Assembly (NCBI GenBank): GCA_031270985.1
Contig: JAISWR010000004.1
Coordinates: 2,195 to 66,194, forward strand
Direction of reading: 5' to 3'
DNA from: Bacteroidales bacterium
GTDB lineage: Bacteria; Bacteroidota; Bacteroidia; Bacteroidales; UBA4181
DNA length: 64,000 nucleotides
Positions within the stretch are counted from its first letter, which is position 1. Each line of letters opens with the position of its first letter. A program made the translations under genes and the position numbers. The notes beneath the pieces were generated by a model that ran no database searches, had not been told where the DNA came from, and saw nothing but the letters and a program-made list of their open reading frames with translations. Positions 19,273 through 28,542 of this stretch are shown here, piece by piece.

Positions 19273-19561
19273 CTACCGGTTTTTGGCGTCGTCCGTACCC
19301 GATATGATCGCACGCAACACTTTTATCGCGTTCGTTCCTTCGATATCGCGCACATAATGCTGCAACTTGACATTCTCATCACTGTCAAAGGCTGTCTCAT
19401 CGGTCTTCAGGCGAACCGAGTTTTTGTAATGACGCCGGATTGATCAGCGTTACCTTTATGCCTGCCTCCTCCGGCATCTCATACAGGATCATCCGGTATC
19501 CCCCGTGGCTTCCATCGCCACATCGGTTGCGCCTTCCCTTTTGAGCAGTTCCACCGATTCC
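19273..19561 (-). pseudogene. IS110-family transposase fragment (decayed, frameshifted)
   Basis: The minus-strand frames read ...VELLKREGATDVAMEATG / GYRMILYEMPEEAGIKVTLINPASLQK / ...LKTDETAFD...LRAIISGTDDAKNR. These resemble the DEDD N-terminal domain (vvmEaTGgY...L.eaG..V.vvnP...KTD). Stops and frameshifts interrupt them and no intact ORF remains. Confidence 0.5.
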
Positions 19562-19614
19562 TAAAAAAACTCGCTAATCAATTAACGCACATAAAGTTAC
19601 GCATCAAACCACTT

Positions 19615-20682
19615 TCAGTTGTAAATTCTCAGTTTGTTCAACGCTTTTTGGTATGCTTCGGCGTTGCGATTGTGTTGTGCCAACGTTTTGGAGAAATTGT
19701 GGTATCCCGTCAAGTCTTCCTTCGCGCAAAAATACAGATAATCGCTCTTTTTGTAGTTCAACACGGCATCCAGCGATGCGACGGACGGCATGCAAATGGG
19801 GCCGGGAGGTAATCCCGTGTGCAGATAAGTATTGTAAGGCGATTGTATTTCCTTATGTTTGTCCAAAATACGCCGAATGCTGAAATCGCCTGCGGCAAAT
19901 TTCAGCGTAGGGTCAGCCTGCAAAGGCATCGCGCGTTGCAACCTGTTGATGTACACGCTTGCCATCATCGGTTTTTCGTCGTTCATCTGCGTTTCTTCTT
20001 CAATGATGGATGCCAAAATGCTTACCTGCAACGGCGTCATTTCGATGGCGTCGGCTTTTCGTCTGCGCTCTTCATTCCAGAAGCGGGTATGCTCTTTCAG
20101 CATACGCTCCCAGAACTGTTTTGCCGATGTATTCCACTGAAATTCATACGTGTTGGGGATAAAAACGCTAATGGCGGTTTCGGGCGTCAGATGATGTTTG
20201 TTCAGGAAAACATCATCCGAAAACAAAGCGGCGATACCGGCAGAATCTGTTTCGATAACGACTGCTACTTTTCCCGCCAGTTGTGCGCCCGTGCGGATGT
20301 TGTTGAAAGTCACTTTGACGGGGATTTGCCTGCCCGAGCGTAACATGCGCACCAACTCAATATTATTCATCCCGTTGGGCAGGCGGTAACGACCGGCTTT
20401 CACCCTGTCCGGATAGTTCATCCTGTGCGCCGTCCAGCGGAACGACGCTTCGTTTTGCAAGCCGGCTTCCAACAGCAACGTACAGACCTTATCGAAAGAA
20501 GCGCTGGTAGGAATCATCAAAAATTGAGGATCGTCGCTTATCAATATATTTGCCGCATAGATGCGTTCATAAATGCGGTATCCCGCCGCTATCAACACAC
20601 ACAGGATGATAACAGCTACCATGCACCATATACGGGGTCTTTTAATCTGCGCCATAAATATATCATCAAAAAATAATGACAA
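19615..20682 (-). CDS. mltG: Endolytic murein transglycosylase MltG (YceG-like)
   Basis: 355 aa with an N-terminal TM helix and the YceG motifs ILASIIEEET and NTYLHTGLPPGPICMPS. Confidence 0.9.
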   Translation of the reverse strand: MSLFFDDIFMAQIKRPRIWCMVAVIILCVLIAAGYRIYERIYAANILISDDPQFLMIPTSASFDKVCTLLLEAGLQNEASFRWTAHRMNYPDRVKAGRYRLPNGMNNIELVRMLRSGRQIPVKVTFNNIRTGAQLAGKVAVVIETDSAGIAALFSDDVFLNKHHLTPETAISVFIPNTYEFQWNTSAKQFWERMLKEHTRFWNEERRRKADAIEMTPLQVSILASIIEEETQMNDEKPMMASVYINRLQRAMPLQADPTLKFAAGDFSIRRILDKHKEIQSPYNTYLHTGLPPGPICMPSVASLDAVLNYKKSDYLYFCAKEDLTGYHNFSKTLAQHNRNAEAYQKALNKLRIYN

Positions 20683-20747
20683 AATTAATCAAAAAACAGA
20701 ATTTTGCATGAGTTTTGTATATAAAACATTGTATAAAAAACGGAAAT

Positions 20748-21215
20748 ATGGATAAGATAAAGCGAATCGCCCTTGTGGCACATGATAACAGGAAATCAGA
20801 CCTGATAGGATGGGTGGAATGGAATTGGGAGTTGCTCATCAAGCATCGTTTGATCTGCACCGGAACAACGGGACGTTTGGTGGAGGATGTGCTGGTGCGG
20901 AAAAAGCAGGAACATAACAATACACGCACAGTGTATATTCACAAGTTGAAGTCCGGACCGTTGGGCGGCGATCAACAGTTGGGAGCGTTGATTTCCGACG
21001 GTGATATTGATGTGCTCATCTTTTTTTGGGATCCCATGCAACCCCAGCCGCATGATGTAGATGTCAAAGCGCTGTCGCGCATCGCGGTGTTGTACAATGT
21101 GGTGATAGCCGACACGCGAGCCACTGCGGATTTTGTCATTTCGTCGTCTTTGTTTGACGCGCCCTATTCACCCATCATCAAGGACTACGCATCGTACATC
21201 AACCGTAAGTTATGA
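20748..21215 (+). CDS. mgsA: Methylglyoxal synthase
   Basis: 155 aa from the ATG at 20748. IALVAHDNRK, ICTGTTG, SGPLGGDQQ and DPMQPQPHDVD are MGS motifs. Confidence 0.9.
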   Translation: MDKIKRIALVAHDNRKSDLIGWVEWNWELLIKHRLICTGTTGRLVEDVLVRKKQEHNNTRTVYIHKLKSGPLGGDQQLGALISDGDIDVLIFFWDPMQPQPHDVDVKALSRIAVLYNVVIADTRATADFVISSSLFDAPYSPIIKDYASYINRKL

Positions 21216-22615
21216 TAACGTGCATCCTCCACGGTCGGATAGCAAACGATGAAACAACCGTCCGGTGGGCAACATTGCCGCAAGTGTCCCGCGTGCATCA
21301 TTTCCCCGAATTGTGTTCATCGCAATCCGTATCGGAAATAGCGAGGATATGCCGTAGCGAGTACCTTTTGCTGTGCGACCTTTCCGCAGGCGACATTGAA
21401 ATAACTCCGCAAGCATTGAAGAGGATGGCGGATATAGCCGTACAAACGGCGGCAGATTGGGTATATGCGGATTACCATACGGAAAAGGATGGCAAAACGG
21501 AACCTTTCCCCACTATTGATTACCGGCAAGGAAGCCTGCGCGACGATTTCCGCTTCGGTCCGTTGATATTGCTCCGTACGTCTTCTTTCCGGAACTCGAC
21601 GAAAAACGTTTGCAACGAAAAATATCGTTATGCGGCGCTGTACCGTTTGCGGTTAGACATGGCGAAAAAAGGACATCTGTTCCACATCAGGGAAGCGCTG
21701 TACCGCTGCAAGGCGCACACCGGCACCAATGACGACAAGGCGATGTTTGCCTATGTAGATCCCGCCAATCGGGAAATACAGCGGGAAATGGAACAAGCCT
21801 GTACGCAATATCTGAAAGAGATTGGCGCATGGATTGCCCCTGAAAGCATAAGCGCCGTGACATTCGACAAAGAAAAGTTCCCTTGCGAGGCAACGGTGGT
21901 GATACCTGTCCGCAACCGCGTAAAAACAATCGGTGACGCCATTGATTCCGCCCTTAGCCAAACCACTTGCTTCCCTTTTAATGTCATCGTTGTGGACAAT
22001 CATTCCGACGACGGCGCTACGCAACTCATTGCGGACAAGAGCGCTCACGCGGGAAACCTGATGCACCTCATCCCCGAAAGAAAAGATTTGGGCATCGGAG
22101 GATGCTGGAATGAAGCGGTGTACCATCCGTCTTGCGGGCGTTTTTCCGTGCAGTTGGACAGCGACGACCTTTATGCGGATGTGCATACGCTGCAAAAAAT
22201 AGTGGATTGTTTCTACGAAACCCATGCGGCAATGGTCATCGGGGCATATTTCATGGTAGATTTCGCTTTGCGCAAACTGCTGCCCGGACTGATTGATCAC
22301 AGAGAATGGACGTCCGATAACGGACGAAACAATGCACTCCGTATCAACGGATTTGGCGCCCCGCGCGCTTTTTACACGCCGGCGCTTCGGGAAACGGGTT
22401 TTCCAAATGTCAGTTACGGAGAAGATTATGCGGTGGCGTTGGCAATATCCCGTCGTTTCAAAGTGGGACGAATATACGACCCCGTCTATTTGTGTCGCCG
22501 CTGGGATGGAAATTCGGATGCCGCACTGTCCGTGCAACAACAGAATGAATACGACCGCTACAAAGACAGTATCCGGACAATCGAATTGCTGGCGCGACAA
22601 AAACACACCGGCTGA
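21212..22615 (+). CDS. Glycosyltransferase family 2 protein with about 220-aa N-terminal extension
   Basis: 467 aa. The GT-A core is ATVVIPVRNR...NVIVVDNHSDDGAT...QLDSDDLY. There is an ATGA overlap with the mgsA stop. Confidence 0.85.
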   Translation: MITCILHGRIANDETTVRWATLPQVSRVHHFPELCSSQSVSEIARICRSEYLLLCDLSAGDIEITPQALKRMADIAVQTAADWVYADYHTEKDGKTEPFPTIDYRQGSLRDDFRFGPLILLRTSSFRNSTKNVCNEKYRYAALYRLRLDMAKKGHLFHIREALYRCKAHTGTNDDKAMFAYVDPANREIQREMEQACTQYLKEIGAWIAPESISAVTFDKEKFPCEATVVIPVRNRVKTIGDAIDSALSQTTCFPFNVIVVDNHSDDGATQLIADKSAHAGNLMHLIPERKDLGIGGCWNEAVYHPSCGRFSVQLDSDDLYADVHTLQKIVDCFYETHAAMVIGAYFMVDFALRKLLPGLIDHREWTSDNGRNNALRINGFGAPRAFYTPALRETGFPNVSYGEDYAVALAISRRFKVGRIYDPVYLCRRWDGNSDAALSVQQQNEYDRYKDSIRTIELLARQKHTG

Positions 22616-22828
22616 TTTCCCGTGTTAAGGGATGCGCAATAAACAAGATATAACGGTTCCTTTTTTGTTCAAAACCATACTGATTTAACAACACTTCAAA
22701 ATAAAATTCATTTAACCGTAAATCACTGTCCCCGCCGGAACGGGTTACTGGCTGCTTTGAGTGCGGCATCCGAGTGTCATGCAATTGATTATAATTTCAT
22801 CGTAATGAATTGTCAATAAATTATAGCA

Positions 22829-23122
22829 TCAACTTGGAATGATCATATAATTCCACTCTCCGTGAAAAGAATTTCGTTCTATATTTATTTTAGCAAATGC
22901 GTTATCATCTATTTTAATGCCTGTTTGATATAAATTACTGTCAAGTTGAGCTTTCACTGTCAATCCGTTTTTCGTTACCGTTCCGTTAATCAATCCGATA
23001 ATTACTGATAACGTGGCCAACGGTTTTCCTTCACAATTTATTGAAATATAAGAAAATAACCGAGTAATTTGCGCATTTGGGACTGTTTCAAAAACAACGA
23101 ATAAACAGTGGTCGAAAGTCAT
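22829..23122 (-). pseudogene. ISAzo13-family transposase C-terminal fragment
   Basis: ...ITRLFSYISINCEGKPLATLSVIIGLINGTVTKNGLTVKAQLDSNLYQTGIKIDDNAFAKINIERNSFHGEWNYMIIPS matches the conserved C-terminus of this family (..HRLFS.IS.NWRG.PL....GL.V...D...Y..G......E....I.R..FHGEWNY.I.P). The catalytic part is absent. Confidence 0.6.
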
Positions 23123-23213
23123 AGATTTTTGGAATGGTCGTTTAATCGGTGCGATAATTTGAAATGTATCCTTCGTTTGTCGCTCATTTCCGGAAATATT
23201 ATATCTTTGTCCG

Positions 23214-26096
23214 TTGAAAAAAGCATCCCTTATCGAATCGCATCCACAAATATCCGGTTTTCTCAGGCAAACGGCGGCATACCTGCACCGCATGTACGGC
23301 GACAGGCTGAGCCGGTTTTGCATCGTGTTTCCCAATATTCGGGCGGGATTGTTTTTCCGAAAATATTTGGCGGAATTGTCGGCGCAACCTCTGTGGTCGC
23401 CTGCTTTTCGTTCCGTCAATGCGCTTTTTGAGGAACTCACGGGGTGGAAACATGCGGAGCGAATCGCTATGGTGTTTGACCTGTGGCAGGCTTACCGTGC
23501 CTGCAGGCTATCCGAAGAAAGTTTCGAAGCGTTCTATTTTTGGGGAGAAATGTTGCTGAATGATTTCGACGATGTGGACAAAAGCCTCACGGATGCACGT
23601 GACCTGTTTCGCAATGTTTCCGACCTCAAAGAGATAGACGTGCTGTTTGATTACCTGACGAGGGAACAAAAAGAGGCAATCCGCATGTTTTGGCGGGATT
23701 TCGGCGACGGTAAAACGCCGATGAAAGATACGTTTTCCTTGGTGTGGTCGTCGCTGCACGCGATGTACGTGACCTTCAAGCAACGGCTGCGCGACAAATC
23801 CGTCGGCTACGAGGGGATGCTTCAGCGGGAGGCGGTGGAACGCATACGCCGGGGAGAAGCACGCCTTGATGCTTACGAAAAATATGTGTTCATCGGGTTC
23901 AATGCGCTGACCGCTTGCGAGAAAAGATTCTTCAAAACCCTGCAACAGTCCGGCAAGGCTATTTTTTTCTGGGACACGGACAATTACTATTTGGACAACA
24001 AATGGCACGAAGCCGGCGTGTTCCTTCGTGACAATGTAAGACAGTTTCCATCCGAACAGCAGCCGGACAAAAAACCGTTTGCCGGTTTTTGCGGGCATAT
24101 TGAAGTGATTTCCGTGCCCTCCGAAACGGGACAGGCGGAGATGATGGCGCAAATACTGGACGCCCTGCCCAACGACACCGACTGGAGCCGTGTGGCGGTG
24201 GCGCTTCCCGATGAACACATGCTACTGCCTGTGCTGTCATCCCTGCCCGCCAAGATAAAAGACGTCAACATCACTATGGGTTACCCCTTTGTGTATTCGC
24301 TCGCCAACAGCCTCTTTGAGCGGCTGGCTTTACTCCGGCAGCGTCTTCGCAACAATGCGGGCGTCGTGTGGTTTTACCACCGCGACGTGGACATGATCTT
24401 GCACCATCCCTACGTACAACGCATCGTCGGCGACGATGCCGGACGCATCTCCCGCTCCCTGATACAACTGAATTGCATCTACGTGGAAGCGTCGGAACTT
24501 GCCGCACACTCGCTGTTGCGGAAAATATTCCGCGAATGTTCCAACCCCGGCGATTTTACGGCTTATCTCATGGAGATAGTGTCGGAAATAGCCGGTAATA
24601 TTCGGAAAGACGGCGGGGAACTTTCCGTAAACGACCGGTATGCTATGGAATACCTATATACGCTGCATATTGAGTTGCAAAAAATAGATAATATTTTAAC
24701 AGGGAATGACATTCATGCGGATATGCCGATGTTTATACGGTTGGTGCGGCAAGTGCTGGCGTCCGTAAAAATCCCGTTCAACGGCGAACCGCTCAAGGGA
24801 CTTCAAGTGATGGGTATGTTGGAGACCCGTGCGCTGGATTTCGACACGGTAATCATTCTGTCCATGAACGAAGGCATTTTTCCCGCTCCGCATCATTTCC
24901 CTTCTTTCATCCCCTACCATCTGCGCAAAGGCTTCGGACTGTCCGTGTCCGAACATCAGGACTGCGTCAGCGCATATTGTTTCTACCGCTTGATGCAACA
25001 TGCCGCAAACGTTAAATTAATTTACAATTCGGCGGCAACCTCCCGTAATTCGGGCGAAGTAAGTCGTTTTATCACGCAAATGCGCTACGAACCGGACGTT
25101 TTTAACGTGAGCGAATATCATGCCCCGTTCCGTATCCGTCCCACCGCAGACGCCGTCATCGTCAAAGAACGAACGGAAAAGGTGCGCAAAATACTCGACC
25201 TGTACCTGTCGGAGGGAGAAAACCGGAAAATGCTGTCGCCAAGTGCGCTGAACACTTATCTGGATTGCCCGTTGCGTTTCTTTTTCCGCTATATCGACGA
25301 GTTGAAAGAACCGGAAGAACCGGCACAGGAGATAGAACCCAATGACTTCGGGAAGCTGCTGCACAGCATGATGGAGCAACTGTACCTGCCGCATACGGGA
25401 AAAATGATGGAGCCTGCCGACATCAGGCGCATTGCGGACGACGTCGGGAATATCCGCCGCACCTTGCTCAAAGCCTTTTCCAAAGAATATTTCCATAAAA
25501 ACATTAATGACAGCGACATCAGCGGACGGAACATCATCATCCGCGAAGTGCTGATGAAATACGTCGGGCGCATCCTCGAAGTGGACGAAAAGGCGGCGCC
25601 GTTCACCATCCTGAGCGTGGAAAAGAAACTGCATGTGCGCATACCCGCCGGCAACCGGCAAGTAAACATGTATGGAGTCATCGACCGGTTGGAGCAAACA
25701 AGCAAAGGGTTGCGCATCATTGACTACAAAACCGGCAGCGCCGGTCGGAATTTTGCCGGCGTCGTCGGCTTGTTCGACCGCTACGGGGCAGGCAACCATG
25801 CCGCCATGCAGACGTTGGTGTATGCCCGCATGGTGCACGCCGACCTGCCCGAGCAGCAGCATATCTGCCCGGGTTTGTACGTCACCAAGGAATTGTTTGC
25901 CGGCGATTATGATCCCCGTCTGTACATCCCCAAACAATTATTGCTCGACAACTATTTTTCCATTGCCGGTGAGTTTGAAAAAGAACTTGACGCATTGCTC
26001 GCCGAAATCTTCCTCGGCGAACAGCCTTTCATCCGCACCAACAATGAGAAGAAATGCCAAAACTGCCCGTACGCGGAGATTTGCCACAGGGGATAA
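23214..26096 (+). CDS. PD-(D/E)XK nuclease family protein (AddB/RexB-like, Fe-S cysteines at C-terminus)
   Basis: 960 aa. The C-terminal nuclease block is RIIDYKTG, and a Cys cluster (CPLRFF...CQNCPYAEIC) is present. The only start upstream of the conserved N-terminus is the TTG at 23214. Confidence 0.8.
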   Translation: MKKASLIESHPQISGFLRQTAAYLHRMYGDRLSRFCIVFPNIRAGLFFRKYLAELSAQPLWSPAFRSVNALFEELTGWKHAERIAMVFDLWQAYRACRLSEESFEAFYFWGEMLLNDFDDVDKSLTDARDLFRNVSDLKEIDVLFDYLTREQKEAIRMFWRDFGDGKTPMKDTFSLVWSSLHAMYVTFKQRLRDKSVGYEGMLQREAVERIRRGEARLDAYEKYVFIGFNALTACEKRFFKTLQQSGKAIFFWDTDNYYLDNKWHEAGVFLRDNVRQFPSEQQPDKKPFAGFCGHIEVISVPSETGQAEMMAQILDALPNDTDWSRVAVALPDEHMLLPVLSSLPAKIKDVNITMGYPFVYSLANSLFERLALLRQRLRNNAGVVWFYHRDVDMILHHPYVQRIVGDDAGRISRSLIQLNCIYVEASELAAHSLLRKIFRECSNPGDFTAYLMEIVSEIAGNIRKDGGELSVNDRYAMEYLYTLHIELQKIDNILTGNDIHADMPMFIRLVRQVLASVKIPFNGEPLKGLQVMGMLETRALDFDTVIILSMNEGIFPAPHHFPSFIPYHLRKGFGLSVSEHQDCVSAYCFYRLMQHAANVKLIYNSAATSRNSGEVSRFITQMRYEPDVFNVSEYHAPFRIRPTADAVIVKERTEKVRKILDLYLSEGENRKMLSPSALNTYLDCPLRFFFRYIDELKEPEEPAQEIEPNDFGKLLHSMMEQLYLPHTGKMMEPADIRRIADDVGNIRRTLLKAFSKEYFHKNINDSDISGRNIIIREVLMKYVGRILEVDEKAAPFTILSVEKKLHVRIPAGNRQVNMYGVIDRLEQTSKGLRIIDYKTGSAGRNFAGVVGLFDRYGAGNHAAMQTLVYARMVHADLPEQQHICPGLYVTKELFAGDYDPRLYIPKQLLLDNYFSIAGEFEKELDALLAEIFLGEQPFIRTNNEKKCQNCPYAEICHRG

Positions 26097-26206
26097 ATTT
26101 CCGACCCGACAGTCACTTATCCGAATCCCCCGTCGCGACGAATCGCCACTGTGGGAGTCAATCCGGCAAGCATCCCCTCCATTTAATCGTTTAACTGCTT
26201 ATATCC

Positions 26207-28144
26207 TTATTTTTCAATATCCTTATCGGGTTTCCATTCCCGCATCACTTTCTCCAACGTGTATTCCTCCGCTTCCGTATCGGTCAATACTTTCGACCAT
26301 TTTACCCGTTTGGCGGTGGCAGCGCCTGCACCGGTGTTGTTGTATTCCATGTAGCGGGCGGTTTGTTCATTGGCGGCATTGCCCCAGTTGTCCCAGCCGG
26401 CGGGACGGATAACGACGGGCAACTGCGTATTCATGAACAGCGTCATGGCGTGTGGACGCCACGGACGCCCCAGATACATCTCGGTAACCTTCGGCGAAGC
26501 GGTGACGGTGCAACGGTTGAACACATAGCCGTATTTCACCGATTGCGGTGTGTTTGCGGCAGTGATGAACGAATTGACTTTGCAATAGATGACACAGGAT
26601 TCAAACCATGCTGTTCCCGAACCGAAAATAAAATCGGTAGTCCCTTCAATATAGCAGTTGCGATAATATTGTCGTGCTCCGTCGCCGGCTGCGTACAGCG
26701 TATCCTGAAATCCGAGAAAACGGCAATTGTAAAACGCCGCCCTGTCGCCCAGCACGTACATGGCCACTGCCTGAGAAACGGGTCCTGCCGTATTTTCAAA
26801 AGTGATGTCCACTGCCGTAAAATCGCCGCCATACACATAAAAACCCGCTGAACCGCTGGTGCCTTTATTTTCGCCGAAAATATTCTTTTTCAAGTTATAA
26901 TCGTCATACATGATTATGGTTTTGTCGCAGTCTTCTCCGATCAGAGTCACCAAACGTTTACTTGCCGCAAGAACGATTTTTTCACGATACACGCCGTTGC
27001 GGATGAAAATGCGTGTTTCATTCTGACGAAAATCGGGGACTGCGTCGATTGCATCCTGCACAGTGACGAAATCACCCGTGCCGTCCTGCGCTACCACAAA
27101 ATGGTATTTCCCTGCGGGCACTGACGCCGTAACCGGCTTGAAGGTTTTGTCCAGAAAATTCACCATATAATTAACAGTGGTTTTGAACCATGGATGAAGC
27201 AGCCAAAAGGGATGTACGGGCGTTTCCATCACATGCAGTTCCGAGTGGATATTCATACTGTCCAGCATCTCCATCTGTCTGTCCATACCTTCGTGTAACC
27301 GTCCGTAACTGTTGATATAGCAAACAGGCGGCGCTTTAGACGTTACCCAGCGGACGGAAGAAGCCTCTTTCCACGTGTCCGGCTTTTCTTCGTATGTGCC
27401 GTCAAACCATTTGGCGTCGGAGGGTAAATCCTTTTGTTCGGCTCTTGCCGCCCGCGCTCTGTTGATGCGTGCATCCACAAGAAAATCGGCACAACCGTCA
27501 ATATCTATAACCGCCTGTACATCGCTGGAGGTCTGCGGATTGCCGCCTGTTCCCTCAAATCTTTCCACGCCGTTGGTCATACCTACCAGATTTGCCAAAT
27601 GTCCGCCTGCCGAACATCCCGAAATAGCAATATGTTCCGGATCAACACCGTACTGGGCGGCATTGGCGCGCAACCACCGTATGGCAGCCTTAATGTCATG
27701 CACTCCCGCCGGATACAATGCTTCCGGACTGAGGCGGTATTCCACCGCTACCGTCACATAGCCTCTTGCAGCTATTTGTTGCGCCAAAGGTACCTGCAAC
27801 GACAGGTCGCCCGAACGCCATCCACCGCCGTGCACCATTACCAAAGCGGGATAAACCTTTTGATCGTCGAGACGGTAGAGGCAGGCATGCAATTCTCTTT
27901 TCCCGTAAGGTGTCTCCGCCAATACGGAATATACCAATCCTTCGCGGGCAATTACTCCGACAGGCAATTCGGGTCGCACCATCTTTATCTCTGGAAACCG
28001 CTTCCGCTCTTTTTCAAAAGTCTGATACACAGTGAACGACGTATCACGCGGAACAGCTACGGATTTCTTCCGCTGGGCATGCACCGGCGCCACCATCAAC
28101 AGAAATCCCAACAAACACTTGAACATAGATATTTTCATGAGCAT
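26207..28144 (-). CDS. Secreted bifunctional carbohydrate esterase: alpha/beta-hydrolase (esterase/lipase) domain fused to pectin methylesterase (CE8) domain
   Basis: 645 aa with a signal peptide. The N-terminal half has VMVHGGGWRSGD and GCSAGGHLA (HGGG and GxSxG). The C-terminal half has VAQDGTGDFVTVQDAI, QAVAMYV, GFQDTLYA, DFIFG and LGRPW, which are pectinesterase motifs. Confidence 0.88.
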   Translation of the reverse strand: MLMKISMFKCLLGFLLMVAPVHAQRKKSVAVPRDTSFTVYQTFEKERKRFPEIKMVRPELPVGVIAREGLVYSVLAETPYGKRELHACLYRLDDQKVYPALVMVHGGGWRSGDLSLQVPLAQQIAARGYVTVAVEYRLSPEALYPAGVHDIKAAIRWLRANAAQYGVDPEHIAISGCSAGGHLANLVGMTNGVERFEGTGGNPQTSSDVQAVIDIDGCADFLVDARINRARAARAEQKDLPSDAKWFDGTYEEKPDTWKEASSVRWVTSKAPPVCYINSYGRLHEGMDRQMEMLDSMNIHSELHVMETPVHPFWLLHPWFKTTVNYMVNFLDKTFKPVTASVPAGKYHFVVAQDGTGDFVTVQDAIDAVPDFRQNETRIFIRNGVYREKIVLAASKRLVTLIGEDCDKTIIMYDDYNLKKNIFGENKGTSGSAGFYVYGGDFTAVDITFENTAGPVSQAVAMYVLGDRAAFYNCRFLGFQDTLYAAGDGARQYYRNCYIEGTTDFIFGSGTAWFESCVIYCKVNSFITAANTPQSVKYGYVFNRCTVTASPKVTEMYLGRPWRPHAMTLFMNTQLPVVIRPAGWDNWGNAANEQTARYMEYNNTGAGAATAKRVKWSKVLTDTEAEEYTLEKVMREWKPDKDIEK

Positions 28145-28215
28145 AAAATTCCCTCAAAGATATATCATTTGAACGACAAAAACAATTTTTGATACCGAGA
28201 AGCAGAATCAACGAA

Positions 28216-28440
28216 TTAAATTTTGAGGAGATGTAAGAGGAACTCCTTGTTCCATGCGGCATTGAGCCGTTTTGAACGGAAGCTTTCCTTGCGGTGTCTT
28301 TTTTAAGAAGGTTGAGGGCAATTTTCCTGATGACGGCAAAATTTTCGGCGGCTGTCGTGCTCGCTTGCGCTGTTCGTCTTCCCGGAAGACCATGTCCGGC
28401 GTGTGGCGAAGAGGATTTTAAAAAGTGTTGATAACCACTC
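28216..28440 (-). pseudogene. ISAs1-family transposase C-terminal fragment (at least 2 frameshifts)
   Basis: Three minus-strand frames together read ..DMVFREDEQRKRA / AAENFAVIRKIALNLLKKDTARKASVQN / RLNAAWNKEFLLHLLKI-stop. This is the conserved ISAs1 C-terminus. There is no upstream catalytic region. Confidence 0.6.
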
Positions 28441-28542
28441 CCTTTTTCGTTTTTTATGCGTTGACCCTGCCAAATCACACAATATTTTGTTTTTCGGAAA
28501 AATATCCGTAATATTGTATGATGAATTATCAACAATTGTGAC

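Noticed and set aside
19189-19443. 84-aa plus-strand ORF overlapping the methyltransferase 3' end.
   Set aside because: It is antisense to the IS110-like fossil and has no features of its own.
22829-23440. 203-aa ORF treated as one gene.
   Set aside because: Only the C-terminal 80-95 aa or so resemble a transposase (ISAzo13). The N-terminal part overlaps the 960-aa nuclease gene on the other strand and has no features. I called it a fossil at 22829-23122 instead.
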